Notes: generated from the letters alone by a model not told the origin. A stretch of DNA of 64,000 nt from a bacterium (GCA_965216635.1 OZ244188.1:64001-128000); one strand, 5' to 3'; numbered from the stretch's first letter, positions 18,466 through 29,169 are shown. Translations and numbers: made by a program.

Positions 18466-21011
18466 GAACTCACATTAAATTTGCCGAAAAACTACCAGGG
18501 TTGAAAAAGAAATGGCACGATTTTTTTGGTGAATATGGAGAAAAAAATGAAAATATAAAAGTTTTCAACAAGAGAAATTTACAAATAAGAAGCACAAGAT
18601 ATTGGTTTTATCTGCTTCACACCACAGGAGCAGATTGTTGGAATTTTTTTGTAAAATATTGTATTCAAAAAGACGGATTTTTTGGAGCTGATTTTTCAGG
18701 TTTTATTTTTGATGAATCGGTGAATTTTGAGAGGTTTAATCTTGAAAATGTAGATTTTTCCGATACTTTTTTTAAAGTTCCTGCTAATTTTAGAGGTGCA
18801 AAATTTTCCAAAACTGCTAATTTTTCTACAAGCACCTTCTCGCAAAAAGCAAATTTTCAAGATACCTATTTTGAACACGCTATTTTTGCTCATTCCCGTT
18901 TTCAAGACACAGCAAATTTTAGTAAATCTCAATTCCAAGAGGCGAATTTCAACCAAGCTGTATTCCAAAAAACTACAAATTTTTCTGGAGCAGATTTTAA
19001 AAAGTTGTATTTTGTGGGAACAGTTTTTTCTCCCGAGCTGGATTTTTCTAGAGCAACATTTTATCAAGAGTTAAATCTTAGAGAGAGTAATTTACAACAG
19101 GTAGAAAATATTCTTTTTGAAAAAACAAAATTCTTAAAACAGACAGACTTCCAAAAATGTAATTTTCTAGTAGTTAGTTTTTCAGGAGCAGAATTTCAGC
19201 AAGCAGTAGATTTTTCTGATGCAAATTTTCAAAAAAAGGCGAATTTTAGCGGAGTTAAATTCTTGCAAGAAGCGCGATTCTTAAAAACTACTTTTCACCA
19301 AGAGATTTATTTTTCCAATGTAATTTGTGAAAAAAAGACTAGCTTTGCGGGTAGTATCTTTTATCAAAATGCCGATTTTCAAGGACTGCAATCTAATGGA
19401 GAGCTATATTTTAACGATACTCTCTTTAAAGAAGAAGCTATATTTAGAAATTACCAATCTAAAAACTTTACCAGTTTTAAGAAAGCTTGTTTTGAGCAAC
19501 TTGTAGAACTTAGGATAGATGAAAATCACGACAAACAACTAATAGATTTCACAGAAGTTCAAATACAATATAACCCCAAAACCAAATGGGCAGTAGACTA
19601 TGGCACTCTATTAAAAATACAACAACTCCGCCACCTAGCTTGGAGATTGCAAGACAAAAAGTTAAATCGCAACCTATCCCAGTTAGAAAGACGCGCTAGA
19701 AGAGGAGTAAAGATCAATCAACTTTTTTCACAAATAAAACGTTTTTGGCGGACAGATAAAAAAGATTCTGGTTTTTGGGATTATTTTTTAAAACCTATTT
19801 TTTTTATTTTTTTTGCGATTCCGTGGAGCATTCGTTTTTTGCTGTTTTGGCCCCTAGGACAATTGTCTGTATTCTTTTATGGGACAAGAAGCTACAACAA
19901 CTATATTAGAGGTTTATTTTTTTTAATTCTTTCTTATCCTGTTTTCTACTTTTTATACACCCAAACCGCACTGCAGCAAGAAGGAATAGTCCTTGGTAGT
20001 TGCAACAGAAACGAAACCTATACTTTTATCCTACAACACTACTTACCCTTTGTAGATAATTGGACATCGTACCTCCAAAATTGTTTTGCTGGTGCTATCC
20101 CTCTCAAAACCTATAACATAGTTGTTGCGCAATCTATATTTTCCATTTTAATCACTTTTTTTACGCTGCCACCCTTACTAGAAAATATTTCCAGCAGAAT
20201 ACGATCCGCTACAAAAAAGACAGTTCCAAGTGCCGCACTAGCTGTCCCTAAAAGATTAAACCCCGCCGAAGAAACAGCTACACTTACTCTGCCAGGTTCA
20301 GATACTACTCCCGTTGGTTTAGGCGAACAACCTAGCCTAGAAACAAGAAAAATCCGAGATGAATATGGCGAACAACCTAGCCTAGAAACAAGAAAAATCC
20401 GAGATGAATATGGCGAACAACCTAGCCTAGAAACAAGAAAAATCCGAGATGAAGATGGCGAACAACCTAGCCCAGAAACAAGAAAAATCCGAGATGAAGA
20501 TGGCGAACAACCTAGCCTAGAAATAAGAAAAATCCGAGATGAAGATATTGTAGGCAGTCCTGATACAACAAAAACAGCATCTAAAGCCATTATTTCGCCT
20601 CTAGCTAAACCAGTAGAAACACCTGTTGTTAATCATAAACCCCACCTCTTTGTTCCCGATCCAGATTCTAATCTCAAGACTAACAAACAGAGCATCGGAT
20701 CTGATACAACAAAAACAGCATCTAAAGCCATTATTTCACCTCTAGCTAAACCAGTAGAAACACCTGTTGTTAATCATAAACCCCACCTCTTTGTTCCCGA
20801 TCCAGATTTTAATTTCAAGACTAACAAACAGAGCATCTATTTTGAGAAAAATTTTAAAAAACGATTTTCTTCCCAGTGGCCGCACCCTCTTCTAAAATCA
20901 CTTATGAAAGAAAATAAGATACAAGAGCCTAAAGTTGTAACGCAAATAAATAAGACAGAAGAAAAAAGAAGAACTTTTAGGAGTGCAGAATATAATACTG
21001 AAAAAACATAA
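18450..21011 (+). CDS. Pentapeptide-repeat membrane protein with repetitive C-terminal tail
   Basis: Many AxFxxAxF repeats, TM segments, 15-aa x5 and 47-aa x2 repeats. Confidence 0.75.
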   Translation: MQTNIRTHIKFAEKLPGLKKKWHDFFGEYGEKNENIKVFNKRNLQIRSTRYWFYLLHTTGADCWNFFVKYCIQKDGFFGADFSGFIFDESVNFERFNLENVDFSDTFFKVPANFRGAKFSKTANFSTSTFSQKANFQDTYFEHAIFAHSRFQDTANFSKSQFQEANFNQAVFQKTTNFSGADFKKLYFVGTVFSPELDFSRATFYQELNLRESNLQQVENILFEKTKFLKQTDFQKCNFLVVSFSGAEFQQAVDFSDANFQKKANFSGVKFLQEARFLKTTFHQEIYFSNVICEKKTSFAGSIFYQNADFQGLQSNGELYFNDTLFKEEAIFRNYQSKNFTSFKKACFEQLVELRIDENHDKQLIDFTEVQIQYNPKTKWAVDYGTLLKIQQLRHLAWRLQDKKLNRNLSQLERRARRGVKINQLFSQIKRFWRTDKKDSGFWDYFLKPIFFIFFAIPWSIRFLLFWPLGQLSVFFYGTRSYNNYIRGLFFLILSYPVFYFLYTQTALQQEGIVLGSCNRNETYTFILQHYLPFVDNWTSYLQNCFAGAIPLKTYNIVVAQSIFSILITFFTLPPLLENISSRIRSATKKTVPSAALAVPKRLNPAEETATLTLPGSDTTPVGLGEQPSLETRKIRDEYGEQPSLETRKIRDEYGEQPSLETRKIRDEDGEQPSPETRKIRDEDGEQPSLEIRKIRDEDIVGSPDTTKTASKAIISPLAKPVETPVVNHKPHLFVPDPDSNLKTNKQSIGSDTTKTASKAIISPLAKPVETPVVNHKPHLFVPDPDFNFKTNKQSIYFEKNFKKRFSSQWPHPLLKSLMKENKIQEPKVVTQINKTEEKRRTFRSAEYNTEKT
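20322..20837 (+). repeat. Intragenic tandem repeats: 45 bp x5, then 141 bp x2
   Basis: GGCGAACAACCTAGCCTAGAAACAAGAAAAATCCGAGATGAAkAT x5 (20322-20546); second unit starts at 20560 and 20701. Confidence 0.95.
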
Positions 21012-21093
21012 TCTCAATATAATATTCCAACAGCAACAAAAAAGAATGGACTGTTGTATTAGATAAAATTCATCAAAAATTGGGGGCTTATTT

Positions 21094-22965
21094 TTAGGAT
21101 TTTTTGAGGTGATTGTCTAAATTCTTCAACATCATCTTGTTAATCCTAGGAATCATAGAACTGATTTGCTCGTTTGCTTCTTCTATTAATTCGGAATTGT
21201 CAAAAAGCTGTTCTGCCACATCTTTTAAGATCTCATCTTTAGAATTTAGAGAATGGATTTTTTTTAGTTTTTGGATAAGCGGGTTTTTTAGGTTGATTTC
21301 CAGTACCTTCTTCGGTTTCTTGAAATCTTTCTGTGTCATTTGCATCATTCTTTCCATCGCTGGATTCATTGCATTTTTAGAACTGACTAAGGTGCATGGG
21401 CTATCCACTAGTCTTTTAGAGACCGTTACATCTTCTACCTTGTCTTCTAAAATTTCCTTAAACCGTTTTAGTAATTTTTCTTCGGAATCCGTGTGTGGTT
21501 GTTTTTTTTCTTTAGATTCTTTTTCTTTGCCTGTCTCCGATTCTTCTTCTAGTTTTGCCTTGTCAATGGGAACTAACGTCACTTCTTTATAGGTGCCGAT
21601 AGCGGGCATAATAATTTCATCTATTTCTTGGTAAAGATAAAGAATTTCTATATCGTTCTTTAAAAAATACTCTACATTGGGGTGAGCTTCAATAATGGAA
21701 GCATTCATTCCTTGAATATAATAAATTTCTTTTGTATCTTTTTTTCTGCGCTCTATAACCTCGCTCAACGCAACTAATTTTTCTGGACTTTTAGAACTAT
21801 GGGTATGATAAATTTCTAACAATTTGTCTTTATTTTCAAAATCTCCATAGATTCCTTCTTTAAGAAATTGCCCGAAATTTTCCCATAACTGAAAAAATTT
21901 TTCTTTTTCTGATTTGGCAATTTTTTGAAATTCTGTAATAACTTTTTTCACAACTAACTTGGAAATTTTGGCTACAACAGGACTAGTTTGAATCACCTCG
22001 CGAGAAATATTGAGGGGTAAATCTTCACTATCTATGACTCCGTAAATAAATCTCATCCATTGAGGAACTAGATCTTTACAATCGTCTTGGATAAAAACCT
22101 TTTTAATATAGAGGTGCAAGCGGTGAAGCTCTTGATTATCTGGGTGAAAAGGATTGACTTCTTTGTCCTTTGAAGTGAAAAGTAATGCACTAAACTGCAC
22201 AGGAGCTTCTACAGAATAATGAATCGTTAGTAAAGGTTCTCCTTGCGTTCCAGAAAGTTGTTGAAAGAATTTTTTGTAGTCTTCTTCTTTGACTACGGAT
22301 TTTGATTTTCGCCAAATAGCTTCGGGCTGGTTTTTTTGTTCTCCGTTAAGCTCTATTGGAAAAGGAACGAAATTAGAATATTTTTGAATAAGGTTTGTCA
22401 ATCTAAAATCATTCGCAAAATCCTCTTCTTCTTTTTTCAGCGTAAAAATAATTTTTGTACCACGGGTTTTTTTCTCTATAGGCTCAATGGTATAATTACT
22501 TTTACCTTCGGATACCCAACGGTGGGCGTCCTTGCTTTTATAATGTTTAGATTCTACAACGACCCTATCTGTTACCATAAAGACAGAATAAAAACCGACT
22601 CCAAATTTTCCAATCTGTTCAAGGTTTTGTTCTTTTTTAAGATTTTTTAAAAACTGCAAAGTTCCAGATTTGGCAATAGTGCCTATATTTTCTTGCAATT
22701 CTTTTTTATCCATTCCAACGCCATTATCTTCTATTTCTAATGTTTTTTCTTTCTCGTGGAAGCGAATACGGATCTTAAATTCTGTATCTTCTCCTAAAAT
22801 CTTTGCATCGGTTAAAGCCAAAAAGCGAATTTTATTCAATGCATCTGCTGCATTAGAGATTAACTCTCTCAAAAAAATTTCTTTATTGGTATAAAGTGCA
22901 TTTGCTAGCAAATCCAGCAGTTGCTCTATTTCTGTTTTGAATTGGTAAGTTTGTTTTTCTGCCAT
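21094..22965 (-). CDS. htpG: Chaperone HtpG (Hsp90)
   Basis: FLRELISNAADA, DNGVGM, IGKFGVGFYS, DSEDLPLNISRE. Confidence 0.97.
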   Translation of the reverse strand: MAEKQTYQFKTEIEQLLDLLANALYTNKEIFLRELISNAADALNKIRFLALTDAKILGEDTEFKIRIRFHEKEKTLEIEDNGVGMDKKELQENIGTIAKSGTLQFLKNLKKEQNLEQIGKFGVGFYSVFMVTDRVVVESKHYKSKDAHRWVSEGKSNYTIEPIEKKTRGTKIIFTLKKEEEDFANDFRLTNLIQKYSNFVPFPIELNGEQKNQPEAIWRKSKSVVKEEDYKKFFQQLSGTQGEPLLTIHYSVEAPVQFSALLFTSKDKEVNPFHPDNQELHRLHLYIKKVFIQDDCKDLVPQWMRFIYGVIDSEDLPLNISREVIQTSPVVAKISKLVVKKVITEFQKIAKSEKEKFFQLWENFGQFLKEGIYGDFENKDKLLEIYHTHSSKSPEKLVALSEVIERRKKDTKEIYYIQGMNASIIEAHPNVEYFLKNDIEILYLYQEIDEIIMPAIGTYKEVTLVPIDKAKLEEESETGKEKESKEKKQPHTDSEEKLLKRFKEILEDKVEDVTVSKRLVDSPCTLVSSKNAMNPAMERMMQMTQKDFKKPKKVLEINLKNPLIQKLKKIHSLNSKDEILKDVAEQLFDNSELIEEANEQISSMIPRINKMMLKNLDNHLKKS

Positions 22966-23008
22966 ATTAATAAGTTAAGTTTGAGTTTAAGTTTAAAAAA
23001 TTCGGTTC

Positions 23009-23605
23009 TTATTTTATCCAGTTTGCCGCTTGTAGACCTTCTATAATAAGGTAAACTCCAAAAGAAACCAAAAGAAAAGCCGTAAAATAGCCGAATTTTT
23101 TAGGGGATATTTTGCTACCCTGTTTGCCTATCGTTCCCCAAAAAAACACCCCAAAATAAAAAAGAGGTAGTGATATTAGATAAAACACTACCATATTGAT
23201 AGGTAGCGAAGCACTGTAATTAGCGGATAAAGATCCTACTGGAACCGTAGTCCAAAATTTAGGATTACTCCAACCCAATAAAACCATCGCTTTCCAGTTA
23301 AAATGGAATGTTTTTTTAGCTAGTGTAGCATGAAAATTTTTGTAGGCAAAATAAAAAATAAATAAAGCTCCTACAAAATACAAAATGATAAATATATCTT
23401 TGTTCCAGATCCCTACAATATTGACTAAAAAAACAATCAATAGGGTTTGTGGCATACCACCGAAAATTTGAAAGAGACTATAGTTTTTATAAATCTCTTT
23501 AAAAGTCATAGTTTTTGCTGTTGCCATTACAGCAGCCCAAAAAGGACCTATTGAAAAAACAAAGCTTGCCCAAAATACAACGCTTGCAATAATTGATTCA
23601 ACCAT
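23009..23605 (-). CDS. LysE-family translocator-like membrane protein
   Basis: About 6 TMs, SIGP near N-terminus, SNPK motif. Confidence 0.6.
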   Translation of the reverse strand: MVESIIASVVFWASFVFSIGPFWAAVMATAKTMTFKEIYKNYSLFQIFGGMPQTLLIVFLVNIVGIWNKDIFIILYFVGALFIFYFAYKNFHATLAKKTFHFNWKAMVLLGWSNPKFWTTVPVGSLSANYSASLPINMVVFYLISLPLFYFGVFFWGTIGKQGSKISPKKFGYFTAFLLVSFGVYLIIEGLQAANWIK

Positions 23606-23666
23606 TTTTTTTGTGATACAAACGAAGTAAAATAATATAAACTAGGGAAAATTTTATTGAGATTCA

Positions 23667-24428
23667 ATGAAAAAATACTATTTTAGCTACGGTTCCAACC
23701 TTTGTCAAGCCCAAATGAAAGAAAGATGTCCGGAATCTAATCCTATTTGTGCTGCTTTGCTGACGGGCTACCAGCTTTGCTTTGACGAATATAGTTCTCG
23801 CTGGGGTGGTGGGGCTGCTACCATCGTAAAAAATAAAACCAAACTTAAAAACCAAGTCCCCAATGGTTTAGTTGCCAGTGGTTTAGTTACCGGCGGTTTA
23901 GTTGCTGGTGGCTTATACCAGCTCACAGAAAAAGACGAAAAAAAACTGGATGGTTTTGAAAAGGTGCCTATGGTTTATAAAAAAATAACAATCTATATCA
24001 AAGGCTATCCTAAAAATAGTATTTTTACCTATATTAAACCTTTGAAATACAATCTTGCTCCATCTACAATCTATCTGACTAAAATAGTTCAAGGGTATTT
24101 AGATTTTGGACTGGACTTTTGCTATCTAAATGAAGTTCTCGTTCGTTCGGGTTATGTAGGAAATGCTGTCTTTTTGGAAAAAGATGCAATAGCTTCCTTA
24201 AAATTTTTAAAACAGCCGAATTTTCGTTTGCCTAGCCTTCATAAAACGAAAAATGCTAAAACAACAAATGGAGAAATATTTTATTACGATAACCAAAAAA
24301 ACTCTTTACTTTACGTTTTAAATGAATTAGATAAATACTACTCAAGTAAGTTTACCAGAAAAATAGCACTTTTTACGACAAATAAGGTAAAAACAACGAT
24401 TGCTGCTTGGCATTACGAAAAAAAATAA
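23667..24428 (+). CDS. Gamma-glutamylcyclotransferase family protein
   Basis: YFSYGSNL, QMKERCP, LDGFE; degenerate C-terminal extension. Confidence 0.8.
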   Translation: MKKYYFSYGSNLCQAQMKERCPESNPICAALLTGYQLCFDEYSSRWGGGAATIVKNKTKLKNQVPNGLVASGLVTGGLVAGGLYQLTEKDEKKLDGFEKVPMVYKKITIYIKGYPKNSIFTYIKPLKYNLAPSTIYLTKIVQGYLDFGLDFCYLNEVLVRSGYVGNAVFLEKDAIASLKFLKQPNFRLPSLHKTKNAKTTNGEIFYYDNQKNSLLYVLNELDKYYSSKFTRKIALFTTNKVKTTIAAWHYEKK

Positions 24429-24455
24429 ATAGCCAAAAAAATAAATAGCCAAAAA

Positions 24456-24854
24456 ATGAATAGACTTGCTGTTTTGTTAGTAACTATGTTATTCTTGGGA
24501 ACTAGTAGTCTGCTATCCCAAAACCTGCTCCGTGAGGGTAATTGGGAAAAAATAGATTATAGGGCAAAAGGGAAATGGAAAATCATCCAAAAATCAGATG
24601 GTTTTTATGTGCAATTAACGGATGATTTCAAAACATCATCAGGACCAGATTTGCATATTCTTTTTTCTAAACATAAAGTATCAGAATTAACTAATTCTAA
24701 TACGTCTCCTAGCTCTGTAATTATCGCAGTACTAAAAAGCAACAAAGGAGCTCAAGAATTTAAGATCCCTGAAAATATAGATTGGCAGAATTACCGCTCA
24801 ATAGTAATTCATTGTGTGGCTTATTCGCATTTGTGGGCGGGTGCCAATTTTTAG
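24456..24854 (+). CDS. DM13 domain exported protein
   Basis: Signal peptide, FKTSSGPDLHI, GAQEFKIP, SIVIHC. Confidence 0.85.
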   Translation: MNRLAVLLVTMLFLGTSSLLSQNLLREGNWEKIDYRAKGKWKIIQKSDGFYVQLTDDFKTSSGPDLHILFSKHKVSELTNSNTSPSSVIIAVLKSNKGAQEFKIPENIDWQNYRSIVIHCVAYSHLWAGANF

Positions 24855-24872
24855 ACTAAAATTATAATTAAA

Positions 24873-25367
24873 ATGAGTATAGACAAAGAAAATATAAAAC
24901 AAGAGGCGTCTAAACTGGTAAAATATAGTAAAGATTACCCTCCTGTGGGGGTTGTAGATATATCTCACAGTCTAAAGTATAAAGTCTACCATTTAGATAC
25001 AAATATTAATAATTCCCTTTCAGGTAAAGTTGACTATAAGGAAAAAAAAATTTACGTTAACTCTTTAGAGCCCAAGCAAAGACAACGATTTACTATAGCA
25101 CACGAAATAGGTCATATCATTTTGCACGAAAAAATAAATGGCAGTAATAATCGGGAAACTAGGGATAAAGATTTGATGGTTCAATCTAATTCTATTGAAG
25201 AAATAGAAGCTAACATTTTTGCGTCCCATTTACTTATGCCAGATGATGAATTTTATAACCAGTGGAAATTCAATGGAGGTTCGTTAAATATAACAGCAAA
25301 TTATTTTTTTGTATCTTTGTTAGCTGCAAATATTAAAGCAAATTCTCTGCACCTAACATCAATATAG
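24873..25367 (+). CDS. ImmA/IrrE family metallo-endopeptidase
   Basis: RQRFTIAHEIGH (HExxH), EIEANIFASHLLMP. Confidence 0.88.
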   Translation: MSIDKENIKQEASKLVKYSKDYPPVGVVDISHSLKYKVYHLDTNINNSLSGKVDYKEKKIYVNSLEPKQRQRFTIAHEIGHIILHEKINGSNNRETRDKDLMVQSNSIEEIEANIFASHLLMPDDEFYNQWKFNGGSLNITANYFFVSLLAANIKANSLHLTSI

Positions 25368-25557
25368 TATGATTAGAGAGTTATCTGAAGACTATTATAA
25401 AGGACAGTCAGAAGAAAAAATATTTACTTTAGAAAAAACTTTAAAAGATATTCAAAATAGGTTAGGAGGGTATAAAAAAGACTATGTATTGGGTATCAAT
25501 AGTTGTGATTACTATTGGCAATATTGTTTTTAATATCTTTTTTCAGTAAAAATGAAA

Positions 25558-25612
25558 TAGACCTTTGAATTTATGTTATGCGACGGCTAGCCAAATGGTC
25601 TATTAAAACTTA
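25558..25612. mobile_element. Palindromic MITE-like repeat, collapsed copy
   Basis: TAGACCTTTGAATTT...GACGGCTAGCCAAATGGTCTA. Confidence 0.65.
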
Positions 25613-25633
25613 AACCTTAACTAAAATACAATT

Positions 25634-26317
25634 ATGTTTAAAAAAATACTTCTTTTGGGAGTTTTAGCAGCAATTATTGCTTGCTACTTTATCTTTGATT
25701 TGGGAGCATACCTAAATCTTGCTTATCTGCAAGAAAAGAAAGATCAAATCGGTGCACTATACCAACAAAATCAAATTTTATTTTTGGTAAGTTTTTTTGT
25801 GGTTTATGTGGTCTCGGTTGCGGTATCAATACCGGGGGCGACAATTCTCACCCTTACTGCTGGTTTTCTTTTTGATAGGTTACTGGGGACTGTTTTAGTA
25901 TCTTTTGCTGCTTCTATAGGCGCTACTTTAGCGATGATTTTTGCTAGAGTCATACTCGGAGATACGTTACAAAAAAAATACCAAAAACAACTAGCTACCA
26001 TCAATCAAGGAATTGAAAAAGACGGTGTGCTTTATTTACTTTCTCTTCGTTTGATACCTTTATTTCCATTCTTTGTAATCAATTTATTGATGGGACTAAC
26101 TACAATGTCTGTGAGTAGATTTTATCTTTTCACTCAACTAGGAGCTTTGCCCGGCACTTTCGTTTATGTGAACGCTGGAACTGCCCTATCTAAAATCAAT
26201 AATGTTGGCGATATTGTGAGCTTGGAAATTCTTTTATCTTTTGCTGCGCTTGGTATTTTGCCCCTATTCATCAAGTTTGCCGTTATGCCATTAATTATTA
26301 AATTCAAAAACAAATGA
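25634..26317 (+). CDS. TVP38/TMEM64 (VTT/DedA) family membrane protein
   Basis: SIPGATILTL, LRLIPLFPFFVINL, PGTFVYVNAG. Confidence 0.9.
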   Translation: MFKKILLLGVLAAIIACYFIFDLGAYLNLAYLQEKKDQIGALYQQNQILFLVSFFVVYVVSVAVSIPGATILTLTAGFLFDRLLGTVLVSFAASIGATLAMIFARVILGDTLQKKYQKQLATINQGIEKDGVLYLLSLRLIPLFPFFVINLLMGLTTMSVSRFYLFTQLGALPGTFVYVNAGTALSKINNVGDIVSLEILLSFAALGILPLFIKFAVMPLIIKFKNK

Positions 26318-27252
26318 AAGAGATCGCCCCCCAAACCTATCTTATAGATACCCAATATGTGAGAGAAGGGTTTAATGCTGTTTATTTGGTTGTTTGTCAA
26401 GGCAAGGGATTGCTTGTAGACTGTGGTACCGCTCATTCTGTTTGCCATATTGAAAAAGCTATTGCCGAGGTAGGATTGAGTTGGGAGCAGCTGGATACTG
26501 TTGTCCTGACTCATGTGCATTTGGATCACGCTGCTGGTTCTGGATTGATTATGCAAAAAGCTAAAAATGCAAAGTTGTATGTGCATCCCAGAGGATACCG
26601 ACATTTAATAGATCCCACAAAATTGATTGCTGGCACCCAAGAAGTTTATGCATCTCAACCCATAGAGGAACTATTTGGAAAGATGCTAGCCTGTCCCGAA
26701 GAAAGATTGATACAAGCGGAAAATAACCAAGAAATAGATTTTTTTGGGAGAAAATTTCTTATTCATCATAGCCCTGGACACGCCAAGCACCATTTAAGTC
26801 TCTTGGATTTGAAACAAAGAATTTATTTTTCTGGAGACTCTACTGGAGTTTGTTATCGTAGATGGGATAGAGACAAAAAAATTTTTGCTTTTTTACCGAC
26901 TGTTCCCAATCAATTTGAGCCTGAGATATGGAAAAAAACAATTCAAGAAATCAGACACTTCAACCCACAAAAAATTTGTTTGACTCATTTTGGGATAACA
27001 GAGCAAGTAAATTCACTTCTATCACAAATAGAAAATCTACTAGATAAATTTGTTGCTTTAGCTCTAAAACACAAAGACTTTACCACAAAAAGAAAGCAAA
27101 CAATAACCTCTGATTTATTAGAATTGTTATTTTCCTCGCTGATGGAAGAAGATAGCAGCCTAGAAAAAACAGAAATTAAAGAATGGTTTAGCAAAGATAT
27201 TTATCTTGCCGCTTTTGGGCTAGATCATTGGTTGAGTATTCCAAAAAAGTAA
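26314..27252 (+). CDS. MBL-fold metallo-hydrolase
   Basis: THVHLDHAAG, PGHAKHH, FSGD, THFG. Confidence 0.9.
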   Translation: MKEIAPQTYLIDTQYVREGFNAVYLVVCQGKGLLVDCGTAHSVCHIEKAIAEVGLSWEQLDTVVLTHVHLDHAAGSGLIMQKAKNAKLYVHPRGYRHLIDPTKLIAGTQEVYASQPIEELFGKMLACPEERLIQAENNQEIDFFGRKFLIHHSPGHAKHHLSLLDLKQRIYFSGDSTGVCYRRWDRDKKIFAFLPTVPNQFEPEIWKKTIQEIRHFNPQKICLTHFGITEQVNSLLSQIENLLDKFVALALKHKDFTTKRKQTITSDLLELLFSSLMEEDSSLEKTEIKEWFSKDIYLAAFGLDHWLSIPKK

Positions 27253-27334
27253 ATAGTCTAAGATAATGATACCTTTGAATTTTTTTTTCAGCTATCTTTC
27301 ACAAAGTTTTAAGAATAGTTTGCTATTGTTGTTT

Positions 27335-27525
27335 TTTTCTGTAATTATTCTTTATAAAAAATAAGCAAAAGCAGTAAAAATAAAAAGACGCCAATAGCCA
27401 ATAAATAGCTTGACAAAAAATGATTTTTTTGCAATTTTAATATAAAGAATAAGCAGTAAAAATAAAAAGATGTCAATAGCCACTAAATACTATTGACAAG
27501 ATTTTTTTTTTCTGCAATTCTTTAT
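27335..27525 (+). repeat. About 83-bp tandem unit containing TTGACA upstream of OMP B1
   Basis: TTGACA at 27410 and 27493; homologous to 29170-29425. Confidence 0.75.
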
Positions 27526-27567
27526 GAAGTTTTGTTATTTAACCTAAATTTAATTATTTACACGATT

Positions 27568-28968
27568 ATGAAAAACACAAATTCCCAAGTTTTAAGGAAA
27601 ACTTTCGCTTTTTCGCTGGTTCGTTTTACTCTGGTTCGTTTTACTTTGGCTCGTTTTACTCTGGTTCGTTTCGTTTTGGTTCGTTTCGTTTTGGCGGCTA
27701 TTCTTATTCCCGCTCTTCTTATAGGAAGTGCCTTTACTTTTGGAGGCAGTAAGCTGCAAGCCCAAGCGAATGGTAGCCCAAATGGTCAGAGTAGCAAACA
27801 GGGATTTTTCGTTGGTATTGTCTATCTAAATGGTTTTAAGGTGGATAGCACAAAAACTGTCACGACCAAAAAAGACACTATTGCAAGCTATAAAAGAAAA
27901 GGCTATTCAGCAGTCACATCGGAGATAATAGCTGATGCTAGTACCTTTTGGGATGATACTGCTCCTTTTGGTTTGTCCCATTCCAATGGAATAGAAGCTC
28001 TTCTTAAAAAGAGTTGTGAAGAAATGACCACAGAAGCCGTATCGGTTGAAGCGGATGGTAGAACTTATTTTTATGGACGTGAGTCACTATTTTCTTTTGA
28101 TGCAGGCACAAGTAGAGGCGAAGGAACTAGTGTAACTACCACAGGTGATGGATCTGGCACGGTATCTAATAACTTTCCTTCGGGAAATGGAAATAACGGA
28201 CAAGACACTAATTATTGTTACAGTTATTTTTACGGTGATGCTTCCGCACCTCGTACCATTTTTGTTGATTCTGATTACTCTGAATACAAAGTGACTGAAG
28301 ATTCAGCGCCAGTTTCTCAGGTTACAAACTCCTCATCCAGCAAGGGCGATAGCATCTCAGGTATTGGTCTGCAATTCAGCTTTAGGTGGGAAAAATGGAG
28401 AGCCTCTCTGACCCATTTTACTGGCTCTGGTGGGGCTAACGAGCTCACCAATACACTAGTTATGGCGGATTATTTTGTCAACAAGGATTTTTTTGTAGGG
28501 GGCGGTCTAGCGAGTATGAAGCTCCAAAATAGTCAGACCAGCGGCTCTGCCACAAGTCCCGCGATTCAGATCGGCTATAAGAAGAACTTAACCCCCAACC
28601 TATTCTTTAATTTTGGCTTGACGAAGTACATCTCGGGTGTTTCTCTAAGCCATACGACTTACGCTAATAATCAGACTGCTCCTACTACTGGCATCATTTT
28701 TAAAAAACAGACTAAAGATGGTGATTCAGCAGTGGTTGGTGCTAGAATAAAGTATGGTGTGGTATCAACACAAGTTTTTAGTGCCCGTGTCCAGCTAGAT
28801 AATAATGGAGTATTCAAACGTGATACTAGAACACGAGTAACCCAAGTCTACAGCAGAACTGTAAATATAGAAGAGATCCTAAAGCCAGCAACAGAAACAA
28901 CCACCAAAAGCGATGCCGAACTCAAAGCACCACTCGTCATCAGCCTCTCCTTCCACTTGAGTTTTTAA
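27568..28968 (+). CDS. Putative outer-membrane beta-barrel protein with variable loop inserts (subfamily B1)
   Basis: Start set by paralog (MKNTNSQ); extended signal peptide, strands GFFVGIVY / GIGLQFSF / FFVGGGLA / IQIGYKKNL, C-terminal SLSFHLSF; Cys pair in insert. Confidence 0.72.
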   Translation: MKNTNSQVLRKTFAFSLVRFTLVRFTLARFTLVRFVLVRFVLAAILIPALLIGSAFTFGGSKLQAQANGSPNGQSSKQGFFVGIVYLNGFKVDSTKTVTTKKDTIASYKRKGYSAVTSEIIADASTFWDDTAPFGLSHSNGIEALLKKSCEEMTTEAVSVEADGRTYFYGRESLFSFDAGTSRGEGTSVTTTGDGSGTVSNNFPSGNGNNGQDTNYCYSYFYGDASAPRTIFVDSDYSEYKVTEDSAPVSQVTNSSSSKGDSISGIGLQFSFRWEKWRASLTHFTGSGGANELTNTLVMADYFVNKDFFVGGGLASMKLQNSQTSGSATSPAIQIGYKKNLTPNLFFNFGLTKYISGVSLSHTTYANNQTAPTTGIIFKKQTKDGDSAVVGARIKYGVVSTQVFSARVQLDNNGVFKRDTRTRVTQVYSRTVNIEEILKPATETTTKSDAELKAPLVISLSFHLSF

Positions 28969-28997
28969 GAAAAAAAAACTGCAGGAACATTTTACAT

Positions 28998-29102
28998 GTA
29001 GAGACGCCCTACAGGGCATCTTATATGATGTGCATAAACCACAAAAAGCTGTTTTTAATAAACGTTCTAAATTTATGAGACGCCCATATAGGACGTCTCT
29101 AC
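28998..29102. repeat. GTAG-type REP doublet (REPIN/BIME-like)
   Basis: GTAG-AGACGCCCtacaGGGCaTCT, spacer, inverted AGACGCCCatataGGaCGTCT-CTAC. Confidence 0.7.
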
Positions 29103-29169
29103 AGACCTACATAAAATAAAAAATACCTCCCCGCAACGCATTTGTTTTTTTTATTTGCTTTTAAGGTGT

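Noticed and set aside
20111..20590. 159-aa antisense repetitive ORF
   Set aside because: Shadow of the 45-bp in-frame repeat of the pentapeptide gene
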